From positions 1,444,806-1,476,805 of the forward strand of contig NC_022093.1 of assembly GCF_000446015.1 (NCBI RefSeq): 32,000 nucleotides of DNA, written 5' to 3'. The position numbers and the translations under genes are program-made. Shown here piece after piece: positions 1 through 7,477 of the stretch (the first letter of the stretch is position 1; each line of letters begins with the position of its first letter). The notes beneath the pieces were generated by a model, which saw only the letters and a program-made list of their open reading frames with translations, searched no databases and had not been told where the DNA came from. The DNA comes from Thermofilum adornatum (GTDB taxonomy: Archaea > Thermoproteota > Thermoprotei > Thermofilales > Thermofilaceae).

Positions 1-554
1 ATGGTGCGCGGCTTTTATATTATCTCTAGCGCGCTAGCCACGCTATCCTCGTGTTGCTCTTACTGTTTAACTCTTGTAAGGGTTCTGATTTTAGGTTGGT
101 GCGTCTCTTGGCACGATGAATGCGTGTGTGTACAGGACGTTCCCCAACTCTGTTTGCCCCTCAGTGCTCAGCTTGCGCCGAGTACCCGGTGTCTGGGGGC
201 ATAGGACGAGAAGCTGAGTTGCCTAGGGACGCCGCCCTTTAGGGGGCAGAGGCCTTAGCGCATGCTTCCAATAACTACAGCTACTAGAGCCCCAAAACAA
301 TCTAAAAAGCCTGCTACAGCATCTTCACTAAACAAAAAGCCAAGAGGCTAGACGAGTACAGCACAAGCCATTGAAGTGCACGTCTCGACCTAATAGCTAC
401 TCGACAAAAAGCTACGATTTCGAGGTGCTGGCAGTGATCGTCAATTACAACTCGAAGCCCTTCCTAGCAATTGAAAGAATGTTGCTCAAGGGGCTCGCCG
501 ATCTAGAGCGCTACAGCGCACCGGCTTTTGGTTGCTGTTTGATGCTGATAGGTC

Positions 555-1076
555 TTGGTTTGGAAGCTCGTTGAAGAGAAGCCTCTGGACGAGGCTGATG
601 AGGCTAATTTGAGGGAGTTGGCTTGGGCTACGGGCTGGAGTGTTGATGATGTTGTAGATGATTTGAGGAATGGGTGGGGGGATCCTTTGGGTAGGGTTGA
701 TAGGTATAGGGAGATGTTTGAGAGGTACTATAGGGAAGCCTTGGAGCTGGTTGATAGAGATGCTCGGCAGGCGGCTGAAAAGCTTTGGGGCGCTGTGACG
801 GCTCTGGTGAAGCTCCACGCGTCCCTGAAGAGGGTATTTTTTGCGTGGTGGGACCACGGCAAGCTCTACAACTACGTTACCCATAATGTCGAGGAGGAGC
901 ATAGGGAACTCTTCTATCATCTTCTGATGACGGGCAGGGAGTTGCATAGATACTTCTATGAAGGGGACCTGGACAGAGATACCTTCATTAATTTCTGGAA
1001 TAAGGCTGTTAAGCTCCTAGAGGAGGCAAAGGAGGTGGTCTACAGGCTCTCTGCCAAGGCAGTACAAAAAGAGTAA
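555..1076 (+). CDS. PaREP1-family protein, divergent copy 1
   Basis: Central motif AAEKLWGAVTALVKLHA and C-terminal ELHRYFYEGDL parallel the SEKAWGAAAQ...LHQNFYE pattern of the other copies. N-terminal LRELAWATGWSVDDVVDDL looks like RHH helices. The TTG start is uncertain. Confidence 0.55.
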   Translation: MVWKLVEEKPLDEADEANLRELAWATGWSVDDVVDDLRNGWGDPLGRVDRYREMFERYYREALELVDRDARQAAEKLWGAVTALVKLHASLKRVFFAWWDHGKLYNYVTHNVEEEHRELFYHLLMTGRELHRYFYEGDLDRDTFINFWNKAVKLLEEAKEVVYRLSAKAVQKE

Positions 1077-1229
1077 GCAAGTGTCGCTTGTTCAAAGTGT
1101 CTTCAGCGATCCCTCGGGCGTCTCCTGGAGATGGGGAAAACGTATTAGTGTTTAGTGTCGATGGGGGTTTGAATGTTGGTGACGGGTAGAGGTTTTAGGA
1201 GTGTGAGAGCTCTTTGATTATGGTGGCGT

Positions 1230-1598
1230 GTGAGGTGGGCGGGGAGTGGGCACGTAGGGGTTGAGGCTGTTGTTCGGAACCCGTTTACGGGTAGGGGCGC
1301 GCCTGTTAGGGCTCTTGTGGATGCGGGGGCTATGGACACTGTTATCTCTAGGAAGATTGCTGGAGAGCTTGAACTTCCTGTGACTGGGAAGAGCGTTGTG
1401 TTGACAGCTAGGGGCTCTATGGAGCTTGATGAGTGTATAGGGGTTCTAGAGGTTATGGGTAAGAGGAGGGCAGTGCCTATGTTGGTGTCGGATGAGATGG
1501 ATTTTGCACTTTTAGGTGTTACAACGCTTGAGTTGCTGCGTCTCGAAGTAGACCCTACTACGGGTAAGCTTAAGGAAAGCGTGGCGTTTCTGCTCTAA
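1230..1598 (+). CDS. retropepsin-like (clan AA) aspartic protease, AF_0612-like small archaeal type
   Basis: ALVDAGAMDTVIS carries the D-[AST]-G catalytic triad context. About 120 aa, ending LGVTTLELLRLEVDPTTGKL, which is typical of single-domain retropepsin-like proteins. GTG start. Confidence 0.6.
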   Translation: MRWAGSGHVGVEAVVRNPFTGRGAPVRALVDAGAMDTVISRKIAGELELPVTGKSVVLTARGSMELDECIGVLEVMGKRRAVPMLVSDEMDFALLGVTTLELLRLEVDPTTGKLKESVAFLL

Positions 1599-2042
1599 AA
1601 CAGATTTAAAGGTAGTATGTCTGAGAGTTTGTGTGCTCTTTGGGGGCCGCTTTGAATTGAATGCTTCTTTATGGTGACGCTAGCAAGTAACAAGAGAGCT
1701 TTGACTTTATCTCTGTGTGTTTGTGCAATGTTTGAGACTCGGTTCAGGCTCTTTGAAGCTTCCGAGGTTCGTTGTATATTCTGTATCAAGTGGGCTACGC
1801 TAGTAGCACTTCATTTGTAAATTCATTTATTGAGGGGGTAGCGCGGATGTGGATATATATGATGTGTTTTCCATTTGGGAAGAGTCGTATAGGAGCTTGT
1901 ACCGGAATTTTTCCTTTTTGCCGTCTAGCCTGACATGATTATGGGTAGGAGTAGCGTGGATAGTACTTTGTGCGTATATTTGTTGTAGTGCTCCGCAAGG
2001 TTTATAGCACAGGTGTCACTGGGAATATAATAGGGGTTTTCT

Positions 2043-2525
2043 TTGATTGTTCTGCCTAAGAGGATTGCGGAGAAATTGAGGAGGGAATCAGAGAAGGCTG
2101 GCGTTTCCGAGGAGGAATTGGTGGTTGAGGCTTTGTCGAGGATGTTAAATGAGCCGCTCGACCCGGAGGCTAGGTTTGAGGTGCACTTGAAGCTGTCGGA
2201 GAAGTATCTGAGGGATGCAGAGGAGTTGCTGGCTAGGGGTGACTATGTGCAGGCATCTGAGAAGGCCTGGGGCGCCGCGGCCCAGATTGTTAAAGCTGTG
2301 GCGGCAAAGGAGGGGAGGGAGCTCAGGAGTCATGCTGAGCTGTGGGGTTATATGGATGAGCTGGCCGAGAGGGCGGGGGACGTGATGTTGAGGTATCTTT
2401 GGAGGACCGCGAATGCTCTTCACCAGAACTTTTATGAGGGCTGGATGCCGCCTAGGGAGGTTGAGCTCGCGGTGAGGGATGTTAAAGTGTTTGTTGAGAA
2501 GCTTAGGGCGATAGCGCGCCTGTAG
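2043..2525 (+). CDS. RHH-like N-terminus fused to PaREP1 domain (copy 2)
   Basis: LPKRIAEKLRRESEKAGVSEEELVVEALSRML matches the strand-helix-G-x-S-helix RHH pattern. HLKLSEKYLRDAEELLARGDYVQASEKAWGAAAQIVKAVA...LHQNFYEGW is the PaREP1 signature. A TTTATAGC TATA-like box lies about 35 nt upstream. Confidence 0.8.
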   Translation: MIVLPKRIAEKLRRESEKAGVSEEELVVEALSRMLNEPLDPEARFEVHLKLSEKYLRDAEELLARGDYVQASEKAWGAAAQIVKAVAAKEGRELRSHAELWGYMDELAERAGDVMLRYLWRTANALHQNFYEGWMPPREVELAVRDVKVFVEKLRAIARL

Positions 2526-2762
2526 GGGTAATGGCGGTTTTAGGTGGGTTGGTCAGTTTGTGCTTATAGAAGGTGCTTCTTCCCTCTTTTGGACTAGGGG
2601 CAATTTGTTTTGGGTGAATTGTTGTTTTAGTGTTTCCCACAAGAACCACTGTTTGAGACGCGTGGCGAAAATAGTAGAGTGGAATGAGGGTGTGCTTCGA
2701 CTGAGAAGTGGACATGTTTTGCAGGGTGTGCCCCATGACAAGCTTTTAGGGGCGCTATGTGT

Positions 2763-3173
2763 TTAGTCGTTGTTGCCATAAATGATTTTCCTTGTTTCAG
2801 AGATCATCCTTTCTATGTCTGGCATTCTCTCCTTTACGGCTTCTGAGTCTAGCTTGGCCTCGTGGAAACCCCAGACGTGTAGGTAGTTTGCCCTGTCCCA
2901 TGTCGCGCTGAACCAGTCGCCTAGCTTCTTGGATATTCTTGAGACTGCCTTCTCGAGTTCTGTAACTGTCCACCTGCCCCTCTCATCAACAGTTTTGAGG
3001 ATGTCTTCCATGTTGAAGCTTATAGCGAGCATCTTGACGGCTTCCTCGGCGGCCTTGTAGAGCTTCTCCGAAGCCTGAACAGGGTCTTTCTCGATTAGTG
3101 TCTTCCCCTCTTCCAGGTATCTCAATGCGAGGGCGAGGTGGTGCTCAGCTCCAGGCAAGCTTAGTACCCCCAT
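2763..3173 (-). CDS. PaREP1-family protein (copy 3, no RHH extension)
   Basis: LALALRYLEEGKTLIEKDPVQASEKLYKAAEEAVKMLA ... ANYLHVWGFHE has the same helix pattern as the other copies. Confidence 0.7.
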   Translation of the reverse strand: MGVLSLPGAEHHLALALRYLEEGKTLIEKDPVQASEKLYKAAEEAVKMLAISFNMEDILKTVDERGRWTVTELEKAVSRISKKLGDWFSATWDRANYLHVWGFHEAKLDSEAVKERMPDIERMISETRKIIYGNND

Positions 3174-3483
3174 GTCCTACCATGTTAATGGCCTAGATAA
3201 ATATAAGCCGATAGAAAGAAGAGTTCATGTCGTCGGCACGTGTTTGAATCCTAGGCATTACCAAAAGTGGGTTCAAAGGGCAGGAGGTTGCGCACTTTTA
3301 GCGAGCACTAAACTTGTTTATAGGGATGGTTTATACCTAAATATATGTAAATTTAAATTTAAATCCATCTTTGTGGTCGAACGCATAAGCTAGATCTAGT
3401 GTTTTGGCGATTGGTCGTCTCTGGCTTTGAAATAGCGCGCTATAACTGACTAATGTTTCTTATGTTGGGGAAGGGCGCGTTCC

Positions 3484-3491
3484 TTATATAT
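3484..3491 (+). promoter_or_regulatory. TATA-box candidate for the RelB-like gene
   Basis: TTATATAT lies about 31 nt upstream of the ATG at 3522, consistent with a leaderless or short-leader archaeal promoter. Confidence 0.35.
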
Positions 3492-3521
3492 TTGTTTTGG
3501 GTGGACGGTTTTAGGAGTATA

Positions 3522-3704
3522 ATGTCCGAGGTTGTGGGATTGTTGCAGGAAATAAGGGATGAGCTTAAAGAGCTGAGGCTCCTATATAAAAGTCTTGTTG
3601 ATAAACTTGTACCAGAGGAGGAGCCTCTTGAGGACGAGAAAGAGACTATTGAGTCTAGTGATGAAGTGGTAGGGGAGGATGAAGTTTTAAGGGTTTTTGG
3701 ATAA
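3522..3704 (+). CDS. small acidic coiled-coil protein, archaeal RelB-like antitoxin candidate
   Basis: MSEVVGLLQEIRDELKELRLLYKSLVDKLVPEEEPLEDEKETIE resembles my recollection of Pyrococcus aRelB (coiled-coil, then an acidic PEE-rich tail). I chose the internal ATG of track ORF 3453..3704 because of the TATA spacing. Confidence 0.45.
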   Translation: MSEVVGLLQEIRDELKELRLLYKSLVDKLVPEEEPLEDEKETIESSDEVVGEDEVLRVFG

Positions 3705-3748
3705 TGTTTCGGCTATAGGCTGAGAGGAGGGTACTGGAATAAATTGAG

Positions 3749-3838
3749 ATGCTTAATCCTTCGGTTAAAGCGAAGATCAAAGAGATACGGCTAACAATTA
3801 AAAAAGACCCTGTGTCTCATAAGAGGTTTGATTTTTAG
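3749..3838 (+). pseudogene. possible RelE/ParE-type toxin remnant (29 codons)
   Basis: MLNPSVKAKIKEIRLTIKKDPVSHKRFDF-stop. The position downstream of the RelB-like gene and the pattern K..I..I..DPV...FD resemble a RelE N-terminus. Far too short to be functional. Confidence 0.2.
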
Positions 3839-3940
3839 ATTAGTTAACGAGAAGGAGTGCCGCCTATTCTTAACGGATTTGAGGCATAAAATTAATTTTC
3901 CAGTACGTGTTATCGCGTTAGGATTGCTGTTTCTTCGTGG

Positions 3941-4399
3941 CTAGAGGTAGCCGTGGGTAGGCGAGTATACGTGTAGTTCTTTTAGGCTGTATCTCGCAGA
4001 TATTTGTCTCCATTTGTTCTTTATTTTCTTCCAGTCTTTTAGGTCTTCAGTGACTATGGTGTCGGCTCCAGAAGATATGGCTAGGGCAGCGTGTAGGGAA
4101 TCATATGTGACGCGCGCAGTGCGAGCTATTTCTCGTGCTAACTCTAGTGCTTCTAGGGAGGGTTCTATTAGCTTTATGGGGAGTGAAAGATATGCGAGTG
4201 AAGTTTCGTATGCTGCATCAACGCTATATTTGGAGAGAGCTCCAAATAACTCGAAGAGTACTAGTTTTGATCCGTAAGCTTCGAAATCTCCTGAGACGAG
4301 AGCTTCGAGTACATCGTGACACTTCGCGTAATAGTCTGGGAGTCTTGTTGCAACATAAATGAAGATGTTTGTGTCAATGTATACCTGCTTCCCTGTCAA
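3941..4399 (-). CDS. vapC: PIN-domain ribonuclease toxin VapC
   Basis: N-terminal VYIDTNIFIYV, then LVLFELF, TYDSLHAA and IVTEDLKD supply the four acidic PIN positions. It overlaps the upstream AbrB antitoxin gene by 26 nt. Confidence 0.85.
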   Translation of the reverse strand: MTGKQVYIDTNIFIYVATRLPDYYAKCHDVLEALVSGDFEAYGSKLVLFELFGALSKYSVDAAYETSLAYLSLPIKLIEPSLEALELAREIARTARVTYDSLHAALAISSGADTIVTEDLKDWKKIKNKWRQISARYSLKELHVYSPTHGYL

Positions 4400-4628
4400 G
4401 GGACTCTTCGACTAGTCTCACCGCGTTTATACGCCTCGGCCCAGCGAGGTAGCGGTCGGCTATGCTTTCGAGCCTTTCCAACGCTTCTCTGTATTTGATG
4501 GGCTGGAGGATTATTGCTCCTTTTTCTATTCTTACCATGAAGCGGTCTCCAGGCTTGATACCTAGTTTCTCTCTCACTTCCTCTGGTATCTCGACTTTGA
4601 AGTCGCTTGTCACTATAACTTCTTTCAC
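4374..4628 (-). CDS. vapB: AbrB/SpoVT-type antitoxin VapB
   Basis: KVEIPEEVREKLGIKPGDRFMVRIEKGAIILQP is the swapped-hairpin AbrB/SpoVT signature. It lies directly upstream of vapC and overlaps it. Confidence 0.8.
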   Translation of the reverse strand: MKEVIVTSDFKVEIPEEVREKLGIKPGDRFMVRIEKGAIILQPIKYREALERLESIADRYLAGPRRINAVRLVEESLDREAGIH

Positions 4629-4757
4629 GATTTGAAACTTGGTTTATTAGCTTACTTAAGTTTTCTCGTAGAAATTCAAAGACTGGGTACACTACTCTTG
4701 TAAAGACTCGATGGAACAGAAGTGCGACAAGAAACGTTGCATGCTTCACATTTCTAT

Positions 4758-4856
4758 ACGCGTTCGGGAAGCACAAGCCGGATATAAGTTGCGAGTCTCA
4801 CTTGAAGCTCTCTGAGAAGTATTTGGGGACCGAAAAATTTCTACCTGGGGAGCGTC
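4758..4856 (+). pseudogene. PaREP1 gene fragment (copy 8, internal ~100 nt only)
   Basis: It translates AFGKHKPDISCESHLKLSEKYLGTEKFLPGER, versus ALGESLDPDTSCELHLKLSEKYLREAEEFLARGDY in copy 7. Nucleotide similarity is visible. There is no start, and homology ends abruptly before hicB. Confidence 0.6.
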
Positions 4857-4923
4857 AGTGTCTCTTTTATTGATTAGCTTCATCACAAAATTATTAAATC
4901 AATTTGCATTCATGATTTTTAGT

Positions 4924-5142
4924 ATGGCTAGAAAGTTGAGGTTTACTATTATTTTGAGGAGGGAGGAGGAGGGCGGGTATTCTGCTCAGTGTTTGGAGTT
5001 GCCTGGATGTATTAGTGAGGGTGAGACTAGGGAGGAGGCACTTGAAAACATAAAGGAAGCTATCAGGGGCTATCTTGAGGCTTTCCCGGAGGAGGCAGAG
5101 AAACTAAAAGAAGAGAAGGAGCTGGTCGAGATAGTTGTCTAG
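4924..5142 (+). CDS. hicB: HicB-family antitoxin
   Basis: RFTIILRREEEGGYSAQCLELPGCISEGETREEALENIKEAIRGYLE is the classic HicB RNase-H-like N-domain motif. I chose the internal ATG of ORF 4858..5142. Confidence 0.8.
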   Translation: MARKLRFTIILRREEEGGYSAQCLELPGCISEGETREEALENIKEAIRGYLEAFPEEAEKLKEEKELVEIVV

Positions 5143-5359
5143 TAAACTCCCAATACTGTCTTGGCGAGAGGTTGTTAAGGCATTAAAGAAGGTTGGTTTT
5201 CGAATAGTCTATCAGAAGGGCAGTCACTTATACTTAACAGATGGTAAGCATAAACTCACTGTTCCTAGGCATGATGCCTTAAAGAGGGGCACCCTTCTCG
5301 CTATCATATATCAAGCTGGCCTAACAAAGGAGGAGTTCCTGAGGCTTTTAAGGGATTAG
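5135..5359 (+). CDS. hicA: HicA-family mRNA interferase toxin
   Basis: SWREVVKALKKVGFRIVYQKGSHLYLTDGKHKLTVPRH matches the HicA/YcfA dsRBD-like motif with the conserved GSH. The TTG start overlaps the hicB stop. Confidence 0.8.
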   Translation: MSSKLPILSWREVVKALKKVGFRIVYQKGSHLYLTDGKHKLTVPRHDALKRGTLLAIIYQAGLTKEEFLRLLRD

Positions 5360-5416
5360 GTTTTTTGTTCCAACTCGATGAGTGTTGTCAATTCATAGAT
5401 TACAAACGGCACGTGC

Positions 5417-5647
5417 TTAGCGCCAAGCTTCCCGTACCTTATCCAGCTCCCTTGTGAGCTCCTCGTAGGCTTCTCGGCCGACCGGCTGGCCGGGTTCTGG
5501 GAGATCGATTTTCTCAAGAATTACTTTGTCGTCTTCTTCCCAGACTGCCAGGATGTCGCCCTCTTTTATTCCTAGGGCTTTGCGGATTGGCAGGGGGATG
5601 GTGACTTGGCCCTTACGTGTGACCTTCACGTGGGTCTTGGGTCTCAT
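5417..5647 (-). CDS. AbrB/SpoVT-type antitoxin, orphan
   Basis: VKVTRKGQVTIPLPIRKALGIKEGDILAVWEEDDKVILEKI. No intact toxin ORF follows it. Confidence 0.75.
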   Translation of the reverse strand: MRPKTHVKVTRKGQVTIPLPIRKALGIKEGDILAVWEEDDKVILEKIDLPEPGQPVGREAYEELTRELDKVREAWR

Positions 5648-5689
5648 CCGCGGGAATAGCTCTTAGTGCTACTTTTTTAACTTTTTGTC

Positions 5690-6063
5690 ATCTTGGTACG
5701 GATCTTGGTCATCGGCGTTTCTGGGTTCTTCACTAGAGCGCTTAGGGAGCCGGCCTTGTCGCGTTGTCGGAGGAACTTGTGCTTCCCGTGATTGGGAAGA
5801 GGCTGTTTTTTGACCGCGGGTGTTCTGCGGAGCTTGATGAATATGTGGGGGTTGTGGAGGTTATAGGTAGGCAGTTTCATACCCATGTGCTTGTTTATGA
5901 CGTGCTAGATGTTGTGTTGATAGGTTTGACGGTCCTCGAGATCCTGAGTTTCGAAGTGGATCCGGTTACGGGGAAGCTTAGAAAAGGAAAGATATACTTG
6001 CCCATAGGGCTGGATAGCTGGGGACCCGCTATTGTTATTGTGGGGCTTCTTGTTCCTGTGTGA
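5690..6063 (+). pseudogene. decayed paralog of the retropepsin-like protease
   Basis: ELVLPVIGKRLFF...ELDEYVGVVEVIGRQ...LIGLTVLEILSFEVDPVTGKL aligns with residues ~45-120 of the 1230..1598 protein. Upstream, the RAL-VDAGA equivalent reads RAL-REPAL with in-frame stops, so the catalytic Asp segment is destroyed. Homology ends near 6000. Confidence 0.55.
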
Positions 6064-6523
6064 GTAGTGTTCTCAGTTTTCCTATGAGTTTGAGGGTTTG
6101 CTGTCTGTGTGCTTCGAAGTTGAGTGGGGATAGGAAGTTGCGGTAGTAGTTTGCGTGTAGGCGTTCTGTGTTTGCGAAGAGTGGCCCGAGGGGCTCTTTT
6201 AGCTGTTCGGAGAGCTTCTCCACAATGTCTGCGTAGTCCCTGTGGCTGTAATGCGGCCATTTTCTCTTCTCGGCGATGGCGTTGAGGAGGGCTGCTGTGG
6301 CTCCCCAGTATTTTTCTCCTGACTGTGGGAGGTAGCCCTTCTTGTAGAGTTCCTCGGCTTCGACGAGATACTTTTCGAAGAGCTCTAGATATTTTCTGGT
6401 TCCAGTTTTCGGAGATGTTGTATTGTTCTCCTTGCTCGCCATGTTTTTCTTAGCGTTATCTCCAGCTTCTCTAGGATGAGTAAAACTCTCTTGTTCTTTA
6501 ATCGTTCTACCATTGACAGCCAT
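6035..6523 (-). CDS. PaREP1-family protein (copy 4)
   Basis: YLELFEKYLVEAEELYKKGYLPQSGEKYWGATAALLNAIA ... ERLHANYYRNFL. A TTTTTATTA TATA-like box lies about 35 nt upstream of the ATG at 6523. The internal Met at 6442 is an alternative start. Confidence 0.65.
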   Translation of the reverse strand: MAVNGRTIKEQESFTHPREAGDNAKKNMASKENNTTSPKTGTRKYLELFEKYLVEAEELYKKGYLPQSGEKYWGATAALLNAIAEKRKWPHYSHRDYADIVEKLSEQLKEPLGPLFANTERLHANYYRNFLSPLNFEAHRQQTLKLIGKLRTLLTQEQEAPQ

Positions 6524-6724
6524 TTTTACGCTCTACAAATTTTGATGTTTCCTCTAATAAAAACCTTTGAGTTATATTTTGGCAATAGGAATATTGCTCT
6601 GCTTGTTGAAATCAATGAATGCATGCATGTGTTAGCGTCGCGCGCCGCCTGTAAGTAAGACACTAGGTACGGCTAGTAAGACTTTTTAAAAGGCTGAGAA
6701 GTTTTTAAATAAGGGGAGTAAAAT

Positions 6725-6961
6725 TTGTCTGAAATACTGGTATTGTTTGATGAGTATGATAAGAACTGGTCATGGTTTATGGAGCACTATGAAGAGCTTG
6801 CCGAAAGGTTTGATGGAGAATTTGTTGCCATATACCAGCAAAGGGTTGTAGACCATGAGAAGGATATTGGCTCTCTGATGAAGAGGATTAGGAAGAAGTA
6901 CCCTTTAGGCCAAGTCCTTGTGGAGTTTGTTAGTAAAGAGAAATTAGCCTTTATAATCTGA
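6725..6961 (+). CDS. small DUF5678-like protein
   Basis: W..F.EHYEELAERFDGEFVAIYQQRVVDHEKDIGSLMKRI matches my recollection of the DUF5678 pattern (W...Y.EL...Y.GkwVAI..g.VV..g.d). TTG start preceded by AGGGGAG. Confidence 0.45.
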   Translation: MSEILVLFDEYDKNWSWFMEHYEELAERFDGEFVAIYQQRVVDHEKDIGSLMKRIRKKYPLGQVLVEFVSKEKLAFII

Positions 6962-7068
6962 GGGTTGTCTGTAGTAGTGTTGCATGATGAACACATAGGC
7001 TCACATGGTGCGAGTTTCGGATTTTAAAAGAGTTTACCGAGATATTTATTTGCTTTCTCCAAGTAATT

Positions 7069-7341
7069 ATGCGTGTGCGGAGGAAGATTAGTGTGTATGT
7101 TGATGTGGAGCTTTGGGAGAGGTTTAAGAAGTACGCTGAGGAGAGAGATGCGGGGGCTAGTAGGCTTTTGGAGGAGCTGATACGGGAGGAGCTCGGGGAC
7201 TATGTTGACGAGGCTCTTGGCGCGCTGGCCGGCTCAGATAGCTACGAGCTAGGCTTTGATCCTGTGGAGCCTAAGGGTCCAGTGAGCCTGTTTGTTAGGG
7301 AGACGAGGGATGAGAGAGAGCGTGGCCTGCTTGGACAATAA
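7069..7341 (+). CDS. ribbon-helix-helix (CopG-like) antitoxin-type protein
   Basis: KISVYVDVELWERFKKYAEERDAGASRLLEELIREEL is an RHH strand-helix-turn-helix pattern. The extended C-terminal tail is typical of VapB-type antitoxins. No intact toxin follows. Confidence 0.7.
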   Translation: MRVRRKISVYVDVELWERFKKYAEERDAGASRLLEELIREELGDYVDEALGALAGSDSYELGFDPVEPKGPVSLFVRETRDERERGLLGQ

Positions 7342-7477
7342 GACAGTGTATTTGGGTTCGGGTCTATGTAGCTGTGACGGCGTTATGTGATTTAAGCCTG
7401 TTTTTGTTAATCTTTATCTTAGGGCTGTTGACTGTGATTCCACAAGTTTTATAAGGGCTTGTGGATTTATATTCCAC

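Noticed and set aside
1-574. Track ORFs 1..204 (+) and 371..574 (+) at the window start
   Set aside because: The translations are Cys/Ser/Leu-rich nonsense-like sequences with no motif, no TATA/start context and no homology to the neighbouring families. The region is more likely non-coding or heavily decayed. I could not identify an RNA gene there either.
486-947. 153-aa minus-strand ORF antisense to PaREP1 copy 1
   Set aside because: It is a shadow ORF opposite a motif-supported gene, and its product is Pro/Gln/Ile-rich low-complexity sequence. The same reasoning applies to 2145..2423(-), 7364..7630(-), 7814..8197(-), 8464..8763(-), 10193..10399(-), 10797..11286(-) and 13712..14044(-).
1600-2042. 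440-bp gene-free stretch scanned for tRNA, sRNA or gene remnants
   Set aside because: I found no cloverleaf-compatible ends, no T-loop GTTCGAATC-type box and no recognisable family remnant in any frame. Across the whole window I saw no tRNA or rRNA signatures.
2526-2762. Three mutually overlapping 62-77-aa ORFs between convergent PaREP1 copies 2 and 3; also checked for a C/D-box sRNA (ATGAGGG ... CTGA near 2683-2705)
   Set aside because: The ORFs overlap each other in different frames and have no motifs. The box-like elements are degenerate and lack a complete C/D' /C'/D set with proper spacing.
3172-3393. 73-aa ORF in the divergent promoter region, and a (TAAATT)n mini-repeat at about 3346-3362
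   Set aside because: The ORF runs through AT-rich promoter DNA with no supporting motif. The repeat is only about 2.5 units and is best read as AT-rich promoter sequence.
6985-7045. C-box-like ATGATGA in the 6962-7068 spacer as a possible C/D-box sRNA
   Set aside because: No CTGA D box follows within 60 nt on that strand, and there are no terminal complementary ends.
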